The notes beneath the pieces were generated by a model. It was not told the origin of the DNA and searched no databases. It was given only the letters and a program-made list of their open reading frames with translations. Both the position numbers and the translations under genes were made by a program. DNA of 64,000 bases, taken from assembly GCA_046483495.1 (NCBI GenBank), contig JAWODC010000090.1:1-64000 (forward strand), given 5' to 3'. This DNA comes from Desulfobacterales bacterium (lineage in GTDB: Bacteria > Desulfobacterota > Desulfobacteria > Desulfobacterales > UBA5616). This document shows, one piece after another, positions 8,667 to 18,200 of this stretch; position 1 is the stretch's first letter, and each line of letters begins with the position of its first letter.

Positions 8667-9851
8667 ATGCAGGGACTGCTCAATGGAATACGCATACTGG
8701 ATTTGACGAGGATGCTGGCGGGTCCTTACGGCACCATGCTGCTGGGAGACTTGGGGGCCGACGTCATCAAAATCGAGGATTTCTCAGGAGACTATACACG
8801 GCTTCTCGATGCCTACTACTTGTCGATCAACCGGAATAAACGAAGCTTCGTGCTGGATATCAAATCCCCGGAAGGAAAGCGGGTTTTTTTCGATCTCGTC
8901 AAGGTATCCGATGTCGTGATCGACAACATGCGCCCGAACGCGCTTCGAAAGCTCGGGTTCGATTATGACGACATCAAGGTGCACAACCCCGGCATCATCT
9001 CTTGCTCGTTGAGCGGGTACGGCCATACCGGCCCCTACCGGGATAAGCCGGCGTTCGACTTGTCCATCCAGGCCATCAGCGGCGGCATGAGCCTGACCGG
9101 TGAAAAAGGCGGGCCGCCGGTGAAGATGGGGATTCCCATCGCCGACATCGCGGGCGGCATGTTCGCCGCGTTCGCCGTCGTGTCCGCCCTGGTCAACCGA
9201 AATGCCACGGGAGAAGGCCGCAAACTCGATATCAGCATGCTGGACAGCCAGATCTCCATGGCTTCGTACCTGGCCGCCTATTACCTGATAAACGGCACGG
9301 TGGCCGGACCGCAGGGCGCCCGGCACGAATCCATCGTACCTTACGAGGCGTTTCGAACCAGGGATCGGTGGATCGTGGTGGCCTGTGTCACGCCCAAATT
9401 CTGGGAATCCCTGTGCCGAACGCTGGGAACCGCCGAACTCTTATCCGATGAACGTTTTTCCGATCCCGCCAAACGGCTCGAGAACCGGGATGACCTTGCC
9501 GCGCGGATTCAGGATGCTTTTTTAAGCAAAACCACGGATGAATGGCTCGCATTGCTCGAGCGGGCCGGCGTGCCCTGCGCCCCGGTCAACGCGCTGGACC
9601 ATGCCTTGAACGACCCGCAGGTTCTGGCGCGCGATATGGTGCTGGAATTCGAACACCCCCGGCTGAACCGCATCCGGGTGGCCGGCAACCCGGTGAAATC
9701 GCCGGGATTCAACATGCCGAAAAGACGCCCGCCGGAATTGGGCGAACACACCGAAGAAGTGCTGAAAGAATTTTTAAACTACTCGGACGACACGATCGCA
9801 ATGCTGGAAACACAGAAAACCATCGCCTCCCGGAAGGAGCCCATGTCATGA
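8667..9851 (+). CDS. Class III CoA-transferase (CaiB/BaiF)
   Basis: IRILDLTRMLAGPYGTMLLGDLGADVIKIE, NRNKRS, IADIAGG, PELGEHT. Confidence 0.93.
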   Translation: MQGLLNGIRILDLTRMLAGPYGTMLLGDLGADVIKIEDFSGDYTRLLDAYYLSINRNKRSFVLDIKSPEGKRVFFDLVKVSDVVIDNMRPNALRKLGFDYDDIKVHNPGIISCSLSGYGHTGPYRDKPAFDLSIQAISGGMSLTGEKGGPPVKMGIPIADIAGGMFAAFAVVSALVNRNATGEGRKLDISMLDSQISMASYLAAYYLINGTVAGPQGARHESIVPYEAFRTRDRWIVVACVTPKFWESLCRTLGTAELLSDERFSDPAKRLENRDDLAARIQDAFLSKTTDEWLALLERAGVPCAPVNALDHALNDPQVLARDMVLEFEHPRLNRIRVAGNPVKSPGFNMPKRRPPELGEHTEEVLKEFLNYSDDTIAMLETQKTIASRKEPMS

Positions 9852-10654
9852 CTGAAAGTGCTGAAAAATCGCTCATCGTTACAACGGATGCCTACATCGC
9901 CACCATCACGTTATCACGGCCCGAGAAACGAAACGCCCTTTCACCGGTGCAGCTCATCGAGTTGCATCAACTGTTAAAAGGGTTCGAGAAAGGCGATGAT
10001 ATCCGGTGCGTCGTTTTCAGGGGAGACGGCGACACGGCGTTTTCATCGGGATACGACATCAGCGCCATCCCCACGAAAGTCCCACCCGAGGTCCAGGAGG
10101 CCCTGAAAAAGCAAAATCCCCTTGAGCTGGCGTTGAACACGGTGCGCAATTTCCAGTATCCCACCATCGCCATGATCAATGGATACGCATTCGGCGCCGG
10201 GTTCAATCTCTGCGCCTGCTGTGATATCCGCATCGCCGCAGACGATGTCCGCATGGGGATGCCGCCGGCAAAACTCGGGCTTATCTATCACCCCGGAGGG
10301 CTTCAGCAATTTATCGAAACATACGGCATTGCCGGGACAAAAGACATCTTTTTAAGTGCCCGGACGTATACGGGTCGAGATTTGCTGGAGCGCGGGATCG
10401 TGGATTACCTGGTCAAACGACCCGAACTGGCGTCATTCACATACACCTACGCATCGAAAATAACGGAAAATGCGCCGCTCTCCCTGAAGGGCATGAAGAA
10501 AATCATCAACATGTTCGGCAACGGCATGTCGCTCGATGAAGAGAACCTGAAAGCGGCCCATGAGATCATACAGGCCGGCTTCCAGAGCGATGACTTAAAG
10601 GAAGGGCAGCTGGCGTTTCTGGAAAAAAGAAAGCCGAATTTCACCGGCAAATGA
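9848..10654 (+). CDS. Crotonase-superfamily protein, possibly an ScpB-like decarboxylase
   Basis: RPEKRNALS, FSSGYDI, AMINGYAFGAGFNL, MPPAKLGLIY. ATGA overlap with the upstream gene. Confidence 0.85.
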   Translation: MTESAEKSLIVTTDAYIATITLSRPEKRNALSPVQLIELHQLLKGFEKGDDIRCVVFRGDGDTAFSSGYDISAIPTKVPPEVQEALKKQNPLELALNTVRNFQYPTIAMINGYAFGAGFNLCACCDIRIAADDVRMGMPPAKLGLIYHPGGLQQFIETYGIAGTKDIFLSARTYTGRDLLERGIVDYLVKRPELASFTYTYASKITENAPLSLKGMKKIINMFGNGMSLDEENLKAAHEIIQAGFQSDDLKEGQLAFLEKRKPNFTGK

Positions 10655-10670
10655 AAAAGGAGACCGCCAC

Positions 10671-12245
10671 ATGGATCCGTTTCTGGAAAGAAGACTCGAT
10701 GAACTGGAAAATTCCCGCAAGAAATCCAAAATGGGCGGCGGACCGGATAAGATCGAAAAGCAGCATGCCCAGGGAAAGCTGACCGCACGCGAACGATTGG
10801 ACCTGCTGCTCGATCCCGAAAGCTTTTTTGAAATCCACCCGTTGATCGGCCATTACACCGGCACACCCGGAGACGGCATCATTACCGGCAGCGGCACCAT
10901 CGACGGCAGGCAGGTGTTTGTCTATTCTCAGGACAGGACCGTGAAAGGCGGCTCCATCGGCCTGGAGCACGGCATTAAAATGTACGAAACCATTGAACGG
11001 GCCCTCGAGATGCGCGTTCCGCTCATCGGGTTGAACGATTCTCCCGGCGCACGGGCGGGCGCCCGAAGCGAAGGGGATTCCGGTCCCATGAGCATCCGGG
11101 GATTTTCGTCTTTTTTGTCAAACAAACACGGCGGTTCGGTGTTTTATCCAAACACCCACGCTTCCGGGATTATTCCCCAGATCTCGGCCGTGCTGGGAAC
11201 CTGCGCCGGCATTTCGGTATACTCGCCGGCATTGACGGATTTTATCTTCATGGTGGACAACACCAGCCACATGATGATCACGGGCCCTGCCATGGTGAAA
11301 GTCAGCCTGGGAGAAGAAATCACCAAGGAGGAATTGGGCGGCTCACGGGTGCATGCCCGGAAATCCGGCGTGTGCGACAGGCGATTTCCTTCCGAAGAGG
11401 AGCTGTTCACGCAGATTCGTCGCCTGATGAGCTTTTTGCCGTTAAACTGTGATGAAATGCCCCCCGTCGTGGACACCGGCGATGATCCCGAACGCACCTG
11501 TGAAGAGCTCCATGAGCTCGTGCCGTTCGCGCCCAACAAGTCATTCGATGTCCGCAAGCTGATCCGGGTGATCGTGGACAACGGCGACTTTTTTGAAATC
11601 AAACCGGAATTCGCCGGCGAGATCGTCGTGGGTTTCGGCCGGATGAACGGAAAAAGCGTCGGGGTCGTGGCCAATAATCCCCAGGTGCTGGCCGGGTCCT
11701 TGACCGTGGACAGTTCGGACAAGCAGGCCCGGTTCATACGGTTCTGCGACTGCTTCAACATCCCCATACTGATGCTTGTGGACACCCCCGCCTACATGCC
11801 GGGATCCGGCCAGGAGCATGCCGGCATCATTCGGCACGGTGCAAAAGTGCTCTACGCCCTGTGCGAAGCCACGGTGCCGCGCATCACGCTCGTGCTCCGC
11901 AAGGCATACGGCGGCGGCAACCTCGGCATGAGCGTTCTGCCGGGCCTGGGAACGGACCTCGTACTCTACTGGCCCACAATGGAGATCGGGGTCCTCGGCG
12001 TCGAGCAGACCGTAATGCTGTTTTACGGCATGCAGGAGGGCATGACAAAAGAAAAGATCGCTGAAAAAATCGAAGAATACCGGAACACCACAGCCAATCC
12101 CATTGTGGATGCATCCTTTAACGTGAACGTTCATGATGTGGTGGCACCGGCCGAAACACGGATGTATGTAATACGGGCGTTCAAAGCCCTTGAAGGGAAG
12201 AAGAAAACGATACCGGAGAAGCGGCATGGGAACATTCCGCTGTAA
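10671..12245 (+). CDS. Acyl-CoA carboxyltransferase subunit (PccB/MmdA-like)
   Basis: GKLTARERLDLLLD, ARFIRFCDCFNIP, HGAKVLYA, RKAYGG, KRHGNIPL. Confidence 0.93.
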   Translation: MDPFLERRLDELENSRKKSKMGGGPDKIEKQHAQGKLTARERLDLLLDPESFFEIHPLIGHYTGTPGDGIITGSGTIDGRQVFVYSQDRTVKGGSIGLEHGIKMYETIERALEMRVPLIGLNDSPGARAGARSEGDSGPMSIRGFSSFLSNKHGGSVFYPNTHASGIIPQISAVLGTCAGISVYSPALTDFIFMVDNTSHMMITGPAMVKVSLGEEITKEELGGSRVHARKSGVCDRRFPSEEELFTQIRRLMSFLPLNCDEMPPVVDTGDDPERTCEELHELVPFAPNKSFDVRKLIRVIVDNGDFFEIKPEFAGEIVVGFGRMNGKSVGVVANNPQVLAGSLTVDSSDKQARFIRFCDCFNIPILMLVDTPAYMPGSGQEHAGIIRHGAKVLYALCEATVPRITLVLRKAYGGGNLGMSVLPGLGTDLVLYWPTMEIGVLGVEQTVMLFYGMQEGMTKEKIAEKIEEYRNTTANPIVDASFNVNVHDVVAPAETRMYVIRAFKALEGKKKTIPEKRHGNIPL

Positions 12246-12311
12246 TCCCTTGGTCGGATCGCGATGGATCGGGCGAATGTCCGACGACATGTAAAGAAAT
12301 GAGGAGCCGCC

Positions 12312-13898
12312 ATGCAAAATGACATCGAATACAAGCGCAGCGCAAGATGGAACGTGGGCATGATTGCGGTAAAAAGGGCCGCCAATACCCCGGAAAAGAC
12401 AGCCGTGGTTTTCGAGGATGAACCGCTGTCTTATCTGACCTTGAACCGGGAATCCAACAGGGTCGCGCACTACCTGCAGCGCATCGGGTTGAAGAAAGGG
12501 GATCGCATCGCCGTCCTCGCATTGAATTGCTGTGAATTCATATACGTGTATTTCGCCGCGGCCAAACTCGGCCTGATTCTCGTCCCCCTTAACTTTCGCC
12601 TTGTGGGACCCGAATTGGCCTACCAGCTGAAGGATTCGGGCGCGCGGTTTCTTCTTTTTCATGATGTGTTTACCGGCAGTTTGACCGCCATCAAGGATGA
12701 TATTCCGGTCGAACCGGATAAATTTCTGTATTTGAAAAGCCTGATGGAGAAGGCGCCCGAACGCCCTGCCTGGGCGAAGAACTACGTGGATGAAACCGCC
12801 GATCTTCCCGTCGACGAACCCACGCCGGACGAGCCGGTTCACCTGGAAGATCCTCTGGCGATTATCTACACGTCCGGCGTGACCGGTGATCCGAAAGGTG
12901 CGGTCGTAAACCACGTGCAGACTTATTTTAAGGTCATGAACGTCACGATGGGTGCCGTAAGAGGCGAAAACGACGTGTTTTTGGCCCAGTTGCCCCTGTT
13001 CCACTCGGGAGGACTTTTCATCGGCCTTACCCCCGCCTTGGCCACCGGCCAGACCATGATTTTAAGGCAGGGATTCGATCCGGTCAAATTCGCGGAAGAT
13101 ATCGAAAAATACCAAGCCACCACGGTATTCGCCCTGACCACGATGTGGCGTTTTATCCTGGACACCGGCAAACTGGATGACATCGATACGAGCAGCGTGC
13201 GAACGGTTCTCGGCGGCGGCGAACGCACGCCGCTGAGCCTGATCGAGGCCCTTCGCGAACGGGGGCTCTACATGCAGCAGGGGTTCGGGCAGACGGAAAA
13301 TTCCGCCATGATGGGGCTTGGAAAAGACGATGTCATCCGCAAGCAGGGTTCCATCGGCAAGCCCGGCTGGTTCAGCGACATCTGGATCCAGGGGCCGGAC
13401 GGGAACAGGCTGCCGCCCGGCGAAATCGGCGAGATCGTGGCCGTCGGCCCCCTGGTCATGAGCGGCTACTGGAACAAGCCGGAAATGACCGAAAACACAA
13501 TCGTCGACGGTGTGCTTCACACCGGCGATTTGGGGTACACCGATGACGAAGGTTATTTTTATATCGTCGACCGGGCCAAGGACATGTACCGGAGCGGCGG
13601 AGAGAACGTCTACCCGGCGGAGGTCGAAAAGATCCTGTACAACCACCCGGATATCCGGAACGTGGCGATCATCGGGGTTGCCGATGACACATGGGGGGAA
13701 ACCGGAAAGGCGTTCATCGTTCCCGAAGAGGGCAAAACCGTGAGCCTGGAAAACATACACGGGTTTCTCGACGGCAAGGCCGCACGGTACAAATGGCCCA
13801 AGCATGCCCAAACCATCGATGCGCTGCCGATGACCGCAACGGGAAAAATAAAAAAATCCGAACTCAAGAAACAGTACGGTGTTCGGCTCGACAGCTGA
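12312..13898 (+). CDS. AMP-dependent acyl-CoA synthetase
   Basis: IIYTSGVTGDPKG, GFGQTE, HTGDLG, SGGENVYPAEVE, TATGKI. Confidence 0.93.
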   Translation: MQNDIEYKRSARWNVGMIAVKRAANTPEKTAVVFEDEPLSYLTLNRESNRVAHYLQRIGLKKGDRIAVLALNCCEFIYVYFAAAKLGLILVPLNFRLVGPELAYQLKDSGARFLLFHDVFTGSLTAIKDDIPVEPDKFLYLKSLMEKAPERPAWAKNYVDETADLPVDEPTPDEPVHLEDPLAIIYTSGVTGDPKGAVVNHVQTYFKVMNVTMGAVRGENDVFLAQLPLFHSGGLFIGLTPALATGQTMILRQGFDPVKFAEDIEKYQATTVFALTTMWRFILDTGKLDDIDTSSVRTVLGGGERTPLSLIEALRERGLYMQQGFGQTENSAMMGLGKDDVIRKQGSIGKPGWFSDIWIQGPDGNRLPPGEIGEIVAVGPLVMSGYWNKPEMTENTIVDGVLHTGDLGYTDDEGYFYIVDRAKDMYRSGGENVYPAEVEKILYNHPDIRNVAIIGVADDTWGETGKAFIVPEEGKTVSLENIHGFLDGKAARYKWPKHAQTIDALPMTATGKIKKSELKKQYGVRLDS

Positions 13899-13908
13899 CG
13901 GGAGCAGC

Positions 13909-14862
13909 ATGAAAAACCGCATAACGGACATACTCGGTACCCGTTACCCGCTCATACTCGGCCCCATGCGGATGATGACGCTGGGGGAAATGGCCGCGGG
14001 CGTCTCCAACAGCGGCGGGTTCGGGCAAATCGCCGCTTCGGGTGCATCGGCGGACCTTCTGGCGGCGGAGATTCAAAAGGCGAAGCGCTTGACGGACAAA
14101 CCCTTTGGACTGAACATGCCCATTTACCGGCCGAACGCCTTCGAAGCGCTGGAAATCGCCATCGAGGCGGGCATCAAAACCGTGACCACTTCCGCTGGAA
14201 ATCCCGCGAAAATGATCGGCCGAATAAAAGAGGCGGGCTTGAAGGTGCTCCACAAAGTTTCCAGCCTCAAGATGGCCCTCAAAGCCCGGGATGCCGGGGT
14301 GGATGCGGTGATCGCCACGGGATACGAGGCCGGCGGCCATGTCGGACGCGACACCGTTACGACCCTGTGCCTGATACCCCAACTGGTGGACGCCCTGGAC
14401 ATCCCGGTGGTGGCCGCCGGAGGCATCGGCGACGGGCGCGCCGTGGCCGCGGCGTTTGCACTGGGTGCCGAAGGGGTCGAAGTGGGCACACGATTCGTCT
14501 GTACGGTTGAATGCACCACACCGGACTGGTACAAGCAGTCCATCATCAACGCGTCGGACGGCGCGACGCTGGTGCTTGGCGGTGAAGCCATGCCCATCCG
14601 GGTCTTGAAAAACAAAAAGGCCCTCGAGGTTCTCAATCCGGAAAAAGCCGCCGAGGATGACCGGATTCGGTCCGGCGGGGATGACGCCTATGTAGACGGT
14701 GATGCACAAGAGGCCATTATGCCGGCCGGCCAGGTTGCCGCCCTGATTTGTGACATCAAAACGATTGCCGACATTTTTCCGGAAATGGTCAGGGAGGCCG
14801 CCATGGCCGCCCGACGATTGGACCGGTTTTTTCGAATGGATGATACGGAGGACGCGACATGA
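13909..14862 (+). CDS. FMN-dependent nitronate monooxygenase / FabK-like oxidoreductase
   Basis: TDKPFGLN, GYEAGGHVG, IPVVAAGGIGDGR, GVEVGTRF. Confidence 0.88.
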   Translation: MKNRITDILGTRYPLILGPMRMMTLGEMAAGVSNSGGFGQIAASGASADLLAAEIQKAKRLTDKPFGLNMPIYRPNAFEALEIAIEAGIKTVTTSAGNPAKMIGRIKEAGLKVLHKVSSLKMALKARDAGVDAVIATGYEAGGHVGRDTVTTLCLIPQLVDALDIPVVAAGGIGDGRAVAAAFALGAEGVEVGTRFVCTVECTTPDWYKQSIINASDGATLVLGGEAMPIRVLKNKKALEVLNPEKAAEDDRIRSGGDDAYVDGDAQEAIMPAGQVAALICDIKTIADIFPEMVREAAMAARRLDRFFRMDDTEDAT

Positions 14863-15650
14863 CCTGGGAACATGTACTGCTCGACAAAAAAGACCATATC
14901 GCCTGGATCACCCTGAACCGGCCGGACAAGATGAACGCCTTCGGCGGCCGTATGCGGCAGGAAATCGCGGAAGTGGTGGATCACGTCTGCACGGATGCCG
15001 ATACACGGGTGATCGTCATCACCGGCGCGGGTAAAGCCTTTTGCGTCGGCGGCGATGTTACCGAGTTCGTCTCCGGCGAAACCAGGGCCCTTGCCGAGGC
15101 TTCTCCCAGTGAGCGGCCGGCGATGTCGAAAATCGTACTGGCATTGAACCGGGTGGAAAAGCCCGTTATCGCCGCGGTAAACGGCGTCGCCGCCGGCGGC
15201 GGCGTGAACCTCGCCCTCGCCTGTGATATTCGAATCGCCAGTGATAAGGCGCGGTTCGGGCAGGTGTTTACACGACGGGGGGTTCATCCGGACTGGGGGG
15301 GAATCTATTTTCTGCCGAGACTGGTGGGATACGCCAAGGCCTGCGAACTCATTTTTTCAGGAGAGGTCATCGATGCCGACGAAGCATTCAGACTCGGCAT
15401 GGTGAACACGGTCGTCCCCCATGAACAGCTCATGGAAAAAGCCGCGGCCATGGCCGAACGCATAGCCAAAAACGCTCCGATCCCCGTCGCGTTTGCAAAG
15501 CGCGGACTTCAGAATTTCTACAGGTGGAATTTGGAGCAGGCGCTGGATTATGAATCCTACGTTCTGGGCGTCACCATGAAAAGCGAGGATATCAAGGAAG
15601 GCTTCACGGCGTTTCTGGAAAAGCGCGAACCGAATTTCAAGGGACGATAA
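14859..15650 (+). CDS. Enoyl-CoA hydratase/isomerase family (PaaG-like, isomerase-type)
   Basis: LNRPDKMNAF, AFCVGGD, AVNGVAAGGGVNLALACD, GVHPDWGG. Confidence 0.9.
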   Translation: MTWEHVLLDKKDHIAWITLNRPDKMNAFGGRMRQEIAEVVDHVCTDADTRVIVITGAGKAFCVGGDVTEFVSGETRALAEASPSERPAMSKIVLALNRVEKPVIAAVNGVAAGGGVNLALACDIRIASDKARFGQVFTRRGVHPDWGGIYFLPRLVGYAKACELIFSGEVIDADEAFRLGMVNTVVPHEQLMEKAAAMAERIAKNAPIPVAFAKRGLQNFYRWNLEQALDYESYVLGVTMKSEDIKEGFTAFLEKREPNFKGR

Positions 15651-15686
15651 GGCTGGGCGCTGTCCCGTCCATGCCGCATCGACAAA

Positions 15687-15767
15687 CCCCTTTTGCTTCT
15701 ATTCCGCAGCAAAAGGGGCCAGCACTAAAACAAAAGCCGGAATTGAAGCTGCAGGGGAAATTCCGGC
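15687..15767. other. Two tandem intergenic hairpins upstream of meaB
   Basis: CCCCTTTTGCT-N10-AGCAAAAGGGG (15687-15718) and GCCGGAATT...AATTCCGGC (15736-15767). Neither has a U-tract, so function is unknown. Confidence 0.45.
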
Positions 15768-15785
15768 GGTCAGGAGTTTACGTAT

Positions 15786-16745
15786 ATGAAGAATGATTGG
15801 ACCCAGCTGGTGGAGCATTTGAAAAAGGGGTCGATTGTCGCCATGTCCCGGCTGATTACGCACATCGAAAACCGGGAACCCGGGTGGATGGAAGCCATGA
15901 AAGCAATTTACCCCCACACGGGCAAGGCGCGGCTGATCGGCGTCACCGGTTCTCCGGGTGCCGGGAAAAGCACGCTGACCAACAGGATCGCCCGGTTTTT
16001 GGCGGAAAAGGGGCATACCATCGGCATCATCGCAGTTGATCCTTCCAGCCCGTTTTCAGGCGGAGCGATTTTAGGGGATCGCATTCGCATGACCGATGTC
16101 AGCGACTTGGAGAACGTATTCGTCCGGTCCATGGCGACGCGGGGCGCACTGGGCGGCCTGAATCAATCCGCCCGCGACATCGCCAAAATCATGGATGCGT
16201 TCGGCAAAGACTACATCATCATCGAAACGGTGGGCGTGGGTCAGGATGAGGTCGAAGTGGTCAAAGCCGCCGATCTCGTCCTGGTGGTGTGTGTTCCCGG
16301 CCAGGGTGACGCCATACAGGCCATCAAAGCGGGGATCATGGAAATTGCGGACATTTTCGTCGTCAACAAGGCGGACAGGGACGGGGCCGATCAACTGGTC
16401 ATGGATATCGAATCCATGCTGGAGCTGGATGACGATCTGGGCAAACCGAAGCCGCCGATCATCACAACCGTAGCCGTCAAAGGCGACGGCATCGAGGATC
16501 TTGTCGGAAAAACCCTGGAAATGATCGACGCTCCGGACCGGCGGGCCGGATGGAAAGAGGAGCAGATTCGGGTGGAGCTCATCGGCCTGGTGGAAAAGGA
16601 AATCGTAGACCGGATCAAAAAAAGCTGGGGGAGCAACGGGAAACTCGATGCAGCCGTCCGCCGGATCGTCAACCAGGAGAACGATCCGTATTCGGTTGTT
16701 CAGGAATTCATGGCCCCGTTTGCCGGCATTTTGCCGGAAAAGTGA
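15786..16745 (+). CDS. meaB: MeaB/ArgK GTPase, chaperone of B12 mutases
   Basis: GVTGSPGAGKST, AVDPSSPFSGGAILGDRIRM, IETVGVGQDE, VVNKAD. Confidence 0.95.
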   Translation: MKNDWTQLVEHLKKGSIVAMSRLITHIENREPGWMEAMKAIYPHTGKARLIGVTGSPGAGKSTLTNRIARFLAEKGHTIGIIAVDPSSPFSGGAILGDRIRMTDVSDLENVFVRSMATRGALGGLNQSARDIAKIMDAFGKDYIIIETVGVGQDEVEVVKAADLVLVVCVPGQGDAIQAIKAGIMEIADIFVVNKADRDGADQLVMDIESMLELDDDLGKPKPPIITTVAVKGDGIEDLVGKTLEMIDAPDRRAGWKEEQIRVELIGLVEKEIVDRIKKSWGSNGKLDAAVRRIVNQENDPYSVVQEFMAPFAGILPEK

Positions 16746-16819
16746 TTGAATCGTGCCTTAGGCTGAGAAAACAGCCGGATCAATTATTTCATTTGCCGAT
16801 CGGCATGGAGCAAACAATT

Positions 16820-18163
16820 ATGGAATCCGATACCTCACGCGGCATGACCGTCAGACTCGCCGACTTCATTGCCAACACCCGATCATCCGAAGTTCCGTCC
16901 CGGGTGATCGAACACGCCAAGGTCGCTTTTCTCGACTGGGTCGGCGTGGCCATGGCGGGAAAGGACGATCCCCTTGTGCTGAAGCTGATCCGGTTCGCCG
17001 ATCGCATGGGGGGCCGTGAACAGGCCGTCATTCTCGGCCACGGCATGCGAAAAACCATTTCACAGGCCGCCCTGATCAACGGCGCCGCCTCGCATGCCCT
17101 GGATTATGACGACAGCCTGATATCGTTTTTGGGGCACCCCTCGGTGACGATCTTTCCAGGCATTCTTGCGCTGGGCGAATTCACCGCTTCCAGCGGCCTG
17201 GATTTCCTTTCCGCATACGCCGTCGGCTTACGGGTGGGCGTCTCCATCGCCGCCTCCGCCGGGCTGGAGCATTATCTCTCCGGATATCACGGCACATCCA
17301 CCATGGGGACGCTTGCCTCGGCAGCCGCCTGCGCCCGTCTGCTCGGTTTGAATGAAAATCAGACGGCTCACGCCCTGGGAATTGCGGGAACCCAGGCCGG
17401 CGGCTTGAAGCGGGTGTTCGGCACCATGTGCAAGCCGTTTCATGCCGGTAGGGCCTCCGACGTGGGGGTTTGCGCCGCGGTTCTGGCCGAAGACGGGTTT
17501 ACATCGGCCGAAGACATTCTCGAAGGGCCCGGCGGTTTTTTCCAGGCCATGAAAGGATCGGTCAACGAAGAGTCCCTGGCTTCGCTCGGTCAAACCTGGC
17601 TTATCGAAACACTGGCCCAGAAGTATCATGCCTCCTGTCATGCCACCCATTCCCCCATCGAGGCGGCCCTTTCGATCGTAAAGGAAAACGACGTACCAAT
17701 CGCCGACATCGCATCCATTACGGTCAGGACATCGGAAACGGCATTGAGTGCGGCGTTTCGAAAAGAGGCGCGCACCGGTCTCGAGGGCAAATTCAGCATC
17801 CCCTATTGCGTGGCCAATGCGCTCATTCGTGGCAATACCGGCCTTCAGGCGTTTACGGATGAAATGGTCGGCGATGCAAACATTCAGGAACTGATGTCAA
17901 AAATAAAGACGGTTCAAGATCCCGCGATTCAGGCGCTGGACGCCGACGTCGAACTCGTAACGGCGCAAGGAGACGTTTTTTCGAAGTATATCGACATTTT
18001 TAAGGAAATTCCCGACTTGGAAACGAAGCAAAGAAAGATTAAATTAAAATATGAGGACCTTTGCGAACCGGTCATTGGACGGAAAAATACGAAGGAGCTG
18101 TATGACGGCATACGTCGCCTCGAACACATGAATTCACTATCCGCGATCCTGGCGTACCTGTGA
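16820..18163 (+). CDS. MmgE/PrpD family protein
   Basis: AALINGAASHALDYDD, HPS, GTMCKPFHAG, KYHASCHATH, LEGKFSIPYCVA. GGAG before ATG 16820. Confidence 0.9.
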   Translation: MESDTSRGMTVRLADFIANTRSSEVPSRVIEHAKVAFLDWVGVAMAGKDDPLVLKLIRFADRMGGREQAVILGHGMRKTISQAALINGAASHALDYDDSLISFLGHPSVTIFPGILALGEFTASSGLDFLSAYAVGLRVGVSIAASAGLEHYLSGYHGTSTMGTLASAAACARLLGLNENQTAHALGIAGTQAGGLKRVFGTMCKPFHAGRASDVGVCAAVLAEDGFTSAEDILEGPGGFFQAMKGSVNEESLASLGQTWLIETLAQKYHASCHATHSPIEAALSIVKENDVPIADIASITVRTSETALSAAFRKEARTGLEGKFSIPYCVANALIRGNTGLQAFTDEMVGDANIQELMSKIKTVQDPAIQALDADVELVTAQGDVFSKYIDIFKEIPDLETKQRKIKLKYEDLCEPVIGRKNTKELYDGIRRLEHMNSLSAILAYL

Positions 18164-18200
18164 TTTTCGGGGCAGTGGTCCACATCGAGAAGGAGGCACT

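Noticed and set aside
15651..15785. Cobalamin riboswitch upstream of meaB (also considered upstream of the mutase)
   Set aside because: Hairpins are present but I could not find the B12-box or conserved core. An Rfam scan would settle it.
16820..18163. Methylcitrate cycle formed with the PrpB-like gene at 38814
   Set aside because: No methylcitrate synthase or aconitase in the window. The genes are ~20 kb apart in unrelated contexts.
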